DNA of 62,793 bases, filler included, from an uncultured bacterium (GTDB lineage Bacteria; JAGOEH01), in NCBI GenBank assembly GCA_964632485.1. It is 2 parts of 2 records of this genome, joined end to end, with 100 filler letters (N's around TTAATTAATTAA, not from the genome) between each part and the next. Parts side by side here need not be neighbours in the genome. Positions count along the whole stretch, not along the records: positions 1 to 31,852 come from CAZWDO010000032.1; 1 more part is not named here. One strand, 5' to 3'. This document shows, piece by piece, positions 1-8,382 of this stretch. The notes below the pieces were generated by a model. It did no database searches. It saw nothing but the letters and a program-made list of their open reading frames with translations, and had not been told where the DNA came from. Within the stretch, counting starts at the first letter, position 1, and every line of letters begins with the position of its first letter. Made by a program: the position numbers and the translations under genes.

Positions 1-1267
1 TTTGGCGGGTTTTCAATCGGTACAGATAAACGCCGCTGGCAACCTTGTTGTTCGCTTGATCCGTCCCATTCCAGATCGCGTCGTGTTCGCCGGCGCTTTG
101 CCACCCTTCGGCCAGTTTGCGAACCAATTCGCCGTTCAGGTTGTATATCGCCAGTTCGACATGATCCGCTTCTTTTAATTGCCAGCGGATCGAGGCGCTC
201 GGATTGAAGGGATTGGGATAATTCTGCAGCAGGAGAGTGGATGGCGCTTTCGCGGGTTCGGACGTCGCCTCGGCGGCGGCATTTTCATTTTTGGCCAATT
301 CATCCGCGAAACGGAAGCTGGCGAATTCGCTCGCGGCCGCTTCGATCTTTTCCAGTTTCCCCGCACCCCGGCATTCAATCAGGGCAACGGTCAGGGTTCG
401 GCTCTCGCCTGGATTCAGTCCGTTCACCGATGCGCTGAGCAATAGCCGGTAATCATCCGGAGTTTTGGGCGGGCTTTCAGCCCGGGTCGCCATATAGCCC
501 GCTTTTTCGGCTTCCTTTTCGCCTTCTTCCGCGGCGGTCCAGCAATTGGTTTGCAAACCCTCGCTCGCCACCAGCGGCATGAGCGCGATCAGATCCGATT
601 TTTCCGCGCCCTGATTGCTGTCGTAGAGATACCAGCACCGACCGGAAAATCCGATCAGGTCGTCTTCCGCCGAGGGACGACGATCCTTGCCGGGCACATC
701 CGCATCCAAGCGGACGCCGAAGCGAAACCGTTCGATCATCCGCGTTCCCGCGTTGCTGAAAATTAGGCGAATTGCCGCCCAATCCTCGCCCGGAGTATAT
801 GTCAGTTCCTGGCGAACGGATACGCCCAGTTCGTTTCCGTTTTCCTCGCTGGCGCGGTCGCCGTAGAGAGTTGTTACCGTTTGTTCCTGTTTTTTATCGG
901 ATAGATTCGGCATGGATTCAATCCGGGGGAACCAGATCAACGCTTTTGCTTCGCGCCCGGCATCCCCGTTGACAAACAGTTCGCGTCCATTGACAACGCC
1001 ACTAGCCCAGACGCTCAGTTCCAGATAATAGTTGACGAACCGTCCATTGCCGGCTTTTATTTTCAGGCTGTCGCGATCCGAATGGGGCCCGACGCGGATG
1101 GCGCCGTAGCTGGCCTGGGGGATATCCAGCCCGCCGATGCGCAGCAGTTGTTCCTCGCCCTGGCTTGCGCTCGTCGCAGGTTGCGAACGGTTGGGATCAC
1201 TTTGTCCGAGGTAGGCGCTAGCCACCGTCAGCCAAAAGATACATGTCAGTATGAGTAAGCGTTTCAT
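1..1267 (-). CDS. Secreted protein with C-terminal T9SS type-A/FlgD-Ig sorting domain (3' end runs off the window)
   Basis: Not in the ORF track because it has no stop in the window. I read it by hand from ATG 1267, with RBS AGGAG upstream. It begins with signal peptide MKRLLILTCIFWLTVASA and is open to position 1. It ends LLQNYPNPFNPSASIRWQL...LAIYNLNGELVRKL...WNGTDQANNKVASGVYLYRLKT. Confidence 0.85.
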   Translation of the reverse strand, partial: MKRLLILTCIFWLTVASAYLGQSDPNRSQPATSASQGEEQLLRIGGLDIPQASYGAIRVGPHSDRDSLKIKAGNGRFVNYYLELSVWASGVVNGRELFVNGDAGREAKALIWFPRIESMPNLSDKKQEQTVTTLYGDRASEENGNELGVSVRQELTYTPGEDWAAIRLIFSNAGTRMIERFRFGVRLDADVPGKDRRPSAEDDLIGFSGRCWYLYDSNQGAEKSDLIALMPLVASEGLQTNCWTAAEEGEKEAEKAGYMATRAESPPKTPDDYRLLLSASVNGLNPGESRTLTVALIECRGAGKLEKIEAAASEFASFRFADELAKNENAAAEATSEPAKAPSTLLLQNYPNPFNPSASIRWQLKEADHVELAIYNLNGELVRKLAEGWQSAGEHDAIWNGTDQANNKVASGVYLYRLKTRQ

Positions 1268-1607
1268 TGGAATCTCCTGATTATGTTGATAGTATCCATT
1301 CCTCGATGGATACAATGGGTTTCACAGGTTGAAATAAACGATATATTGTCCGACGAATCGAAAGCATCCGCCGTGTATGTTCAGACCCAGCGGCAGAACT
1401 CCGCATGGAGGTAATGGGCGCGGGAGAGAGCGAAAAGCCATTCGGGCGCCGTTCGTGGGCATAGACGGGTTCCCGCTCCGCATGAGGGAGCCGGAAATTT
1501 CAGGCATGGCGGCGGGAAATGCGGCTGCCCGGAGCGCCGGGTATCCGATTCCGCGGCGGCGCGGATCGCGCCGATCTGCGGAAATCGCTCGCCTGCGGCC
1601 GCGGCCT

Positions 1608-1647
1608 GTTCGTGAGAGTTCGTGAGAGTTCGTGAGAGTTCGGGAAA
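1608..1647. repeat. Tandem 10-bp repeat GTTCGTGAGA x3 plus one degenerate copy
   Basis: Directly visible in the sequence. Confidence 0.9.
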
Positions 1648-2307
1648 GAATGCAACCCCCGGATTTCCTTCATATCATATATATGGCAAGGGATGGCGGT
1701 GGCGACCCGATGTCGACGGCTCTTCAAGCGAGTTTCGCCCTTTCGCCGATCAGGCTGCATCGGGTAATTGAAACTCCCCGATGCAGCCGTATTATGTTCA
1801 TGCAAGTTCGCCTGGCGTTCCGTTTTTCGAGCCCGGTTTCCCGGGATATGATTTCCGTTGTCGCATAATACGCCATTCAAAGCGAAAAGTCAAGCGGAAA
1901 ATACAAACAACATAAAAATTATTTTATTTTATCGTAGATGAATAATTGTATGCAATTGACTAATAGATAAGGTAATACATCAGTATATAATAATACAAGC
2001 AATAAAACTATTTAATCATATCAAAAGCAATGACAATTAAATAATTCGGATGCGGGCCATGAGCCGGGCCGCGTCCTCGCGCGCCGCATCGGCCAGGCCG
2101 AGGGCGGATGCCAGGGTGGAAGATGGCCGCGCTCCCGGGTCGCGACGCGCCGTTTCCTGAGATGAGCGAACAACGCCCGCGCTCGGCGGGGAAGTTCGCT
2201 GTCAGATGCGGCGCATGGTCATCCTTTCGGGTTGAAGGTTGAGTGTTGAAGGTTGACGCCGGGCGACGGCGCACCGAAACCGGGAGCGGCCGCCCGCATT
2301 ATATATA

Positions 2308-2323
2308 TGCAGATTCCGTGCCA
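2308..2323 (-). promoter_or_regulatory. Sigma54 (-24/-12) promoter, leftward
   Basis: Minus strand reads TGGCACGGAATCTGCA versus consensus TGGCACGNNNNTTGCW. One mismatch, with correct GG-N10-GC spacing. Confidence 0.7.
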
Positions 2324-2405
2324 GAAATTTGAGTCTACTTAACCAACTATCCGGCAACGGGTTGTATTTGACTGATTTGCCAACTTTTTCGGCAATTTTT
2401 CAAAA

Positions 2406-2507
2406 TGTGGAATTATTCCACACAATCGCCTCATTTTGCCATGATAAATGGGTAATAATTCCACACAAGTCGCATTTTCAGCCTCGAAAATGGGGAATTT
2501 TTGCCAA
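2406..2507. promoter_or_regulatory. Three phased palindromic sites, candidate enhancer (UAS) for a sigma54 activator
   Basis: TGTGGAATTATTCCACA (2406-2422, perfect inverted repeat), TGGGTAATAATTCCACA (2449-2465) and TGGGGAATTTTTGCCAA (2491-2507). Starts are 43 and 42 bp apart. Confidence 0.55.
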
Positions 2508-2833
2508 ATCGCTTGTTGATGGCAAATAATTATAGCTCCTTTGACGATTCGCCCAAAATGACGATAGATATATGCAATATGTTTGTTGATAATCGATTAT
2601 GAGCCCAATTCTAAAAATCATAAGGCATGACTGGATTCCAGGTGCAACCCCGAGCCGGGCGCACCGGCTCGCACCCGGCATCCACGGGCTATCGACCGCT
2701 ATGCGATGTATTTTTTCAAAAAATTATCAAACAATGAATTCATGTTTTTCGATATCAGATTGTTTTCTTCAGACATCCATTAATTATTGTAATTTTATTA
2801 TATTGTGATAATTTATTTACTATTTCATCAGTA

Positions 2834-2843
2834 NNNNNNNNNN
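2834..2843. other. Assembly gap (10 N)
   Basis: N run. Confidence 1.
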
Positions 2844-3079
2844 AAAAATTATTTCTTGACAGTCCCAAATAAAACACGTATTCTATCTGTAGAGCGTAAC
2901 GAGGAAGTGGAGTGGGCCATGAGCAAAGAGGATAGTCAAAATATAATCTTGAAACCGGGAGATGGCGATGAGAGCATTGTTTGAAACGTTATGGCGATGC
3001 GGCGCGCAAATTCGACGTCTGCCGGGAATAGCCTGGCAAAGCGCCATTCTGAAGGGAGCGCTTGAGCTCTTGGCGTATC

Positions 3080-3631
3080 ACAGTGTGCATTTGGCCGCCC
3101 CGCCCATTTTCGATCCCATCGGCGATACGTGCCGCTATAACCAGTGTCTCTATTTTCAGGACGCCGGGGCCTATTTCACTGCCTTTTGCTATGATTCGCT
3201 CGGCAACTACAGTCCCGGCGCCGCGATTGCCTGCGGCGGCTCCTCTATCTCCGAAGAAAGCGGCGCGAGCAGCTGCCGGCTGCGGATAAACGGCCCCAAC
3301 CCCTTCAGCGGCTGCTCCGTCATTCAGTCTGAGGCAGGAATCAAGTTTTTACTATTTGGATACCGGATCGATGTCCCGAACCAGGAATTGGTCCGCGAGC
3401 TGGCCGCCCGTCCCCAGCCGGATGCCGTTCGGGAACTGGTCGCCAATCTGCGCCATCCCAGGCGGGCGATTCAAAGCGATTGCATCAAGACCCTATATGA
3501 AATTGGATATCGATCCCGCTCAAATCACCCCATATATAGACGATTTTTTAAGCCTGCTGAACAGCCGCAACCCGACGTGGATCGCAGAACCCGGACGGTT
3601 GTGTGTGGCAGTATTCTGTATTAAGAAATGA
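3080..3631 (+). pseudogene. Mosaic of gene fragments: a secreted-protein tail (..RINGPNPFSG), then a frameshifted alpha-helical/HEAT-like hypothetical protein fragment
   Basis: The VPNQELVRELAA..IQSDCIKTLYEIGY frame continues in another frame as IDPAQITPYIDDFLSLLNSRN near 3510. There is no coherent full-length gene. Confidence 0.45.
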
Positions 3632-3863
3632 TCTAAAAGCAGAGACGATTGGTATCTCTCCTTTTTTTTAATTGACATTCCAACAAGATGTGTCTATATT
3701 GATTAGCGCAACCTTGCTAAAACCCCAATATTTAATTGGAACGATTCAGCGGCTAAACGTGTGGAGGGAAGAGTGCCACATATTTCACTTTATATTTCGG
3801 AGAGCAATTCCATCAACTCTCCTTGTCAGATTTTTTTATTTCTGCATTCAACAAAAAATTATG

Positions 3864-3890
3864 TTGACAATACTTCAGATTTGTTATAAT
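3864..3890 (+). promoter_or_regulatory. Sigma70-type promoter of the MFS gene
   Basis: TTGACA (3864) followed by TGTTATAAT, an extended -10. Confidence 0.6.
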
Positions 3891-3955
3891 ATTAATAAAG
3901 AAAACTTTGATTAAACCTATTGATCCTCAAACTCGTAACCGAAAGTGAGTCGTAT

Positions 3956-5227
3956 ATGGCAATTGCAATGGAAAAACATACGGAACTCAGACCCGCCAAT
4001 CCGCTATATCGGTGGGGTGTTCTGGTTTTCATCAGTCTGGCAATGTTTGGCAATTATTACGTTTATGATTGCATCAGCCCCATAGCCGATTTGTTGAAAA
4101 GCGGATTGTCCTTCAGTGATAGTGATATTGGTTTTTTACAGGCAATTTATAGTATCCCGAATGTGATAATGGTTTTGATCAGCGGTTTGATTATCGATTA
4201 TTTGGGGCCTCGCAAATCAGCATTGATTTTTTCTTTTATTTGTATGGTTGGCGCCATTATAACTTCGCTCCGGGGAGATCTTTGGGTAATGGCCGGTGGA
4301 CGCCTGATATTTGGCATGGGCGCTGAATCGCTGATTGTCGCTATTACCACCGTAATCGCCAAATGGTTCAAAGGCAAGGAACTATCATTTGCCTTCGGAT
4401 TGAATCTCACGATCGCCCGATTAGGTTCTTTTGCGGCGCTGAATTCGCCTTCATGGGCAAAAGAGATGTATCATAGTTGGCAGGGACCGTTGTTACTGGC
4501 CGTAATTGCCGCTTTAATTTCAGTTGGCGCTGTGGTCATCTACAGTTATCTCGATATTTATGCCCAAAAACGCTATGAACTGGGCCAGGCCGCCCCTACT
4601 GATAAAATCGAGTTTAAAGCCATTTTCAAATTCGATAGTTCATTCTGGTTCATCACGCTGCTCTGTGTTACATTCTATTCAGCAGTTTTTCCTTTTCAAA
4701 CCTTTGCCGTCAAATTCTTTCAGGAATTCCACATGCTCTCACGAGAAACCAGCGGATTCCTCTCCAGTATCCTTACTCTGTCAGCCATGGTTCTAACTCC
4801 CCTTTTCGGTTTGTTCAGCGATTATATCGGACGCCGCGCTCAATTAATGATGCTCGGTTCGATCCTGATTATTCCGGTCTATACTATCCTGTTAAATACG
4901 GCTATCTCTCCCTATATACCCATGATCATGCTGGGTGTCGCCTTTTCGCTGGTACCAGCTATTATGTGGCCGTCAGTTGCGTTGATCGTACCGGAACAGA
5001 AACTGGGGACGGCGTATGGACTGATGACGATGATCCAAAACATTGGCCTGGCGGGATTCAATCTATTAATTGGCGCCGTGAATGATCAAACCGGGGGTTA
5101 TTCCATCGGGATGTATATTTTTTCAAGTTTAGGCTTTATCGGTTTGATTTGGGCCTTTTTGCTAAAAAAATCCCAACAGCGTTTGCATGGGAACAGACTG
5201 GAAATTGGTATGGGGAAAAATATCTGA
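3956..5227 (+). CDS. MFS transporter (MFSD1-like)
   Basis: About 12 hydrophobic segments and motif A-like GLIIDYLGPRK and GLFSDYIGRR. The N-terminal FGNYYVYD resembles MFSD1. ATG 3956 or 3968 is preferred over TTG 3920. Confidence 0.85.
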   Translation: MAIAMEKHTELRPANPLYRWGVLVFISLAMFGNYYVYDCISPIADLLKSGLSFSDSDIGFLQAIYSIPNVIMVLISGLIIDYLGPRKSALIFSFICMVGAIITSLRGDLWVMAGGRLIFGMGAESLIVAITTVIAKWFKGKELSFAFGLNLTIARLGSFAALNSPSWAKEMYHSWQGPLLLAVIAALISVGAVVIYSYLDIYAQKRYELGQAAPTDKIEFKAIFKFDSSFWFITLLCVTFYSAVFPFQTFAVKFFQEFHMLSRETSGFLSSILTLSAMVLTPLFGLFSDYIGRRAQLMMLGSILIIPVYTILLNTAISPYIPMIMLGVAFSLVPAIMWPSVALIVPEQKLGTAYGLMTMIQNIGLAGFNLLIGAVNDQTGGYSIGMYIFSSLGFIGLIWAFLLKKSQQRLHGNRLEIGMGKNI

Positions 5228-5240
5228 CAATTTTAAAATT

Positions 5241-5250
5241 NNNNNNNNNN
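5241..5250. other. Assembly gap (10 N)
   Basis: N run. Confidence 1.
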
Positions 5251-5402
5251 TGTATTAGATATTGCTAAAAATAGCGATTGGGTTGAATATGAATCACCCG
5301 ACGGTTTTATAAATTTGCGAATGAAACAATTTTTTAAATAAGCGCTGGATGTCGCGGATTCAGGTAAACCCTATTTTCTGGTGATAGCGAAAATATAGCA
5401 TT

Positions 5403-5439
5403 ATAAAATACCCGACCTTCACCATGAAGGCCGGGTATT
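5403..5439 (-). terminator. Intrinsic terminator of the TBDR/PorV operon
   Basis: Hairpin AATACCCGACCTTCA-CCA-TGAAGGCCGGGTATT followed by a T-rich tract on the minus strand, about 16 nt past the stop at 5456. Confidence 0.75.
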
Positions 5440-5455
5440 AACCAATCAAAACAGC

Positions 5456-6652
5456 TTATTGTGAGCGTCCATAATAAGCAGCCCCTGAGGTATTAAAATC
5501 GACCTTGATAATTTTATTTAATGAGGCATCAGTGGCATGCTTGCGGTTAATATAAACAAAATTCTGATTACCCCAGCAGATCTGAAATCCAGCAGGAATC
5601 AGAACCAATTCATAAAAAGGTTGCGGCGCAGCATAGCCGGTTTCACCCTGGCGAGACATTTTGTATACTGCATAAGTTTTCGTCGCGCCAACATAGATAT
5701 CTCCATTAGCGGCCAGTGTGAGACTGGATATTTCATCCTGGTTCACATCATAAACCATGCTTTTCCAATCACAAAGCAATTCCCTTGGACCTAGATCTCC
5801 GGCATCATTGAGAATAGTATGTTGCCATATCGAATCTACCGTCGCCGTGTATATCTTATCCCCTACCACACGAATTGTTATCAACCGCGCCTTGGTACCA
5901 TAATCGGCCACCCAATCATTTGCGCCATCCGCTTTCATACGGATAATGCCTTTTTTTGCGGCAATGAAAATATTCCCATTGGGGCCAAAATCAAAATCCT
6001 CGATGCGTTCGGCAGTATTGGCGCTATTAAAAGCCAGTAATCCCCGGCTATTATCCAAGGGAATCGTATAGAGCTTTTTAATTTGGCAATAATAAAGCAG
6101 ATTGCCCTGACCAATTTTCAAGCTTAACACACCCGAATTCCCTTCAGTAGAAAATACCGTCTGGGAATTATTCGATGTAACTTTCATAATCGATTTATCC
6201 TTGAGCGCTACATACAGATTTTCATCGCGGTCGCAATCCTGGGCCGTTATCTCGTCGATCTCAGAAAAGGTTCCCCATTCCCGAGCGATATAGACCAATC
6301 GGTATGGCGAATACACTGCGCTGAGATAAGCGCCTTGAGCCATGATTTTAATTACAATTGAATCGGATTCAAGCAAAGGGGATCTCACTACCATCCGTTC
6401 AGGAGTGACCGACAATAGTGTGGCTTTTTCATTATTGAAATAAACAAAATTTTTTGCGCTGTCGGCATTGAAATTTTGTCCCGCAATCTCAATTTCCGTA
6501 AAATTGGCATAAGCGACATCCGCCGGAGAAACACTGCTGATCGATGGATCCGGATTCCCATCATCAGGCTGAAATACATTTTGAGGCGTATGATTATCGC
6601 ACATGATCCAGATAACCCAAAGGAAAACCAAAAGCAAACGACAATATTTCAT
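5456..6652 (-). CDS. IPT/TIG-domain lipoprotein with probable beta-propeller
   Basis: Hydrophobic signal ending in Cys. PSISSVSP..IEIAGQNF..VYFN is IPT/TIG-like. Repeated DxNGxxYV-type blade motifs follow. Confidence 0.75.
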   Translation of the reverse strand: MKYCRLLLVFLWVIWIMCDNHTPQNVFQPDDGNPDPSISSVSPADVAYANFTEIEIAGQNFNADSAKNFVYFNNEKATLLSVTPERMVVRSPLLESDSIVIKIMAQGAYLSAVYSPYRLVYIAREWGTFSEIDEITAQDCDRDENLYVALKDKSIMKVTSNNSQTVFSTEGNSGVLSLKIGQGNLLYYCQIKKLYTIPLDNSRGLLAFNSANTAERIEDFDFGPNGNIFIAAKKGIIRMKADGANDWVADYGTKARLITIRVVGDKIYTATVDSIWQHTILNDAGDLGPRELLCDWKSMVYDVNQDEISSLTLAANGDIYVGATKTYAVYKMSRQGETGYAAPQPFYELVLIPAGFQICWGNQNFVYINRKHATDASLNKIIKVDFNTSGAAYYGRSQ

Positions 6653-6681
6653 GGAATAGCTCCTTCTATCAATTCATGCCA

Positions 6682-7683
6682 TTAATAACTGAAACCAAAA
6701 CTAATACGTTGGACATTCTCGAACACTCCATAGGGTGTGTATCCATAATCAATGGCAATACCGAATTTTCTGATTCCGCATCCGAAGGAAATTCCGCATT
6801 CATCATAATTCAACATATAACCCATACGCGCATAAAATGTCTTCAAGTATCCATATTCCAGACCCAGATTCAGTTGTTCTGAATGATCACGGGGATGAAC
6901 GCCATCGATTGCAAAAAACAGCGACTGCTGTTGAAAATTTTCCTGGGCAATAAACTCAAACAGGTTTGCGGAAATACCCAGTTTAAAAGTCAGTGGCAAT
7001 TGAAATCCTTCATCTTCGTATTTGGTTTCATTGGAGAAATTGCGAACCATCATGGCGACAATGAGATTTTTATACCCCGTTTTAAAGGTAGTACCAAAAT
7101 CGAAAGCAACGGCATCGGCCAGATTACGTTTCACTTTATAACCGCCATCCTGATCTGGCACAACACTTTTTCCCAGATATTCATTAACAATTTTAAAATG
7201 CCCGCCGATGGAAAATTTATCGGATAAGGCCCGGGCATAGCCAATTCCAATACTCATGGCATTGGGTTTATAAACCTCCGTGTCGATATACCCGTTGGAA
7301 TTGGGATATACCATAGTTCCTTCGATCTCACCATAATTGGCATAGGCGAACGAGAGGCCAAATACTCCATAGATACCATTTGCAGGATTAAAGGCCATGG
7401 AAAATGAATTAATTTTAATATCCGCAATCCAGGAGATTTGCGAAAAAGCGACATCCGCCAAACCACCCAGATTGGCCATCCCGGCGGGATTAAAAAAGAG
7501 CGAGGTCGATTTCATATCGAGAGTGGCTGTAGCCTCTCCCAGACCCGCAGCGCGGGCATCGGTGCCGATACTTAAAAATTGCATTCCCGTTTGGGCTAAT
7601 TTCTCCCGAGCATAGAGGGGAAATAACAACCCGGAGAGTACAATCAATACCAGACCTGTAACTACTTGTTTTTTATGATTCAT
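6682..7683 (-). CDS. PorV/PorQ-family outer-membrane beta-barrel
   Basis: AQTGMQFLSIGTDARAAGLGEA and FFNPAG motifs, with an aromatic C-terminal barrel signal (SFGFSY). Confidence 0.85.
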   Translation of the reverse strand: MNHKKQVVTGLVLIVLSGLLFPLYAREKLAQTGMQFLSIGTDARAAGLGEATATLDMKSTSLFFNPAGMANLGGLADVAFSQISWIADIKINSFSMAFNPANGIYGVFGLSFAYANYGEIEGTMVYPNSNGYIDTEVYKPNAMSIGIGYARALSDKFSIGGHFKIVNEYLGKSVVPDQDGGYKVKRNLADAVAFDFGTTFKTGYKNLIVAMMVRNFSNETKYEDEGFQLPLTFKLGISANLFEFIAQENFQQQSLFFAIDGVHPRDHSEQLNLGLEYGYLKTFYARMGYMLNYDECGISFGCGIRKFGIAIDYGYTPYGVFENVQRISFGFSY

Positions 7684-7701
7684 AGTATCCTCCGTGTTTG
7701 C

Positions 7702-8373
7702 TTAGGGCTGTCGTAACAGGGTCATGAAAAATTTTCTATTGACCGTCTTGTCTGTTCGGATCAGTTGCATTAAAAAACGCCCGCTACCGGTCGTAAAGGC
7801 AATGCGGGTTTTTATTTGCCGGCAATATGCATAGGTTTCCAAATCCATTTGATCCATAGTCCGGGCGCATTCTTCGCCGGTATCATGAAATAATCGCGCT
7901 TCAAGATAATCATCTAAATAGATGACCAATTCTGTTTCTGAGCGGTTGGAATAATCAATTAAGGTATAAGATGTATCCATACCAGAACTGTTTAGGTTAA
8001 AAAATTGAGAGGTATTTTCATCGATAACGGCTTTTTTTCTTCTCTCACCCAATGAAGCGCTCAACTCGCGCGTATCCCATCCTGTCAGAGAGTCTATAAA
8101 TTGTGGAATATTTTGAAACAAGCTATCCGCTGTCCATGCAGTTGAAAACCGGTCATATTCCGCAAATAAAATCGTATCGACTATGATGACGGAATCCATG
8201 GATACAATAGTTGTATCCTGCCAGGTCGTATCGACCCGGATACTGCCGGATAAACTCTGACACCCCTGTTCATCGATATCATTAAGTGAAAAAGTTTTAT
8301 CTTCATATTGCGAACAACCTGCCATTAAACCGATTAATAGCAGAAAAATGATAGTATCAAAAAATCGTTTCAT
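7702..8373 (-). CDS. Hypothetical lipoprotein
   Basis: Lipobox LMAGC. Lies within the operon with short spacers. Confidence 0.75.
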   Translation of the reverse strand: MKRFFDTIIFLLLIGLMAGCSQYEDKTFSLNDIDEQGCQSLSGSIRVDTTWQDTTIVSMDSVIIVDTILFAEYDRFSTAWTADSLFQNIPQFIDSLTGWDTRELSASLGERRKKAVIDENTSQFFNLNSSGMDTSYTLIDYSNRSETELVIYLDDYLEARLFHDTGEECARTMDQMDLETYAYCRQIKTRIAFTTGSGRFLMQLIRTDKTVNRKFFMTLLRQP

Positions 8374-8382
8374 GATGGACTC

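Noticed and set aside
2406-2507. Repeats as a mini-CRISPR or as DnaA boxes/oriC
   Set aside because: Units are degenerate and the intervening sequences resemble each other rather than being unique spacers. No cas genes are present. The TTCCACA cores have two mismatches to the DnaA box and no dnaA is nearby.
175-2808. Short ORFs in the ORF track across 175-2808
   Set aside because: They are either alternative frames of the T9SS cargo gene or low-complexity Arg/Pro-rich translations without recognisable motifs.
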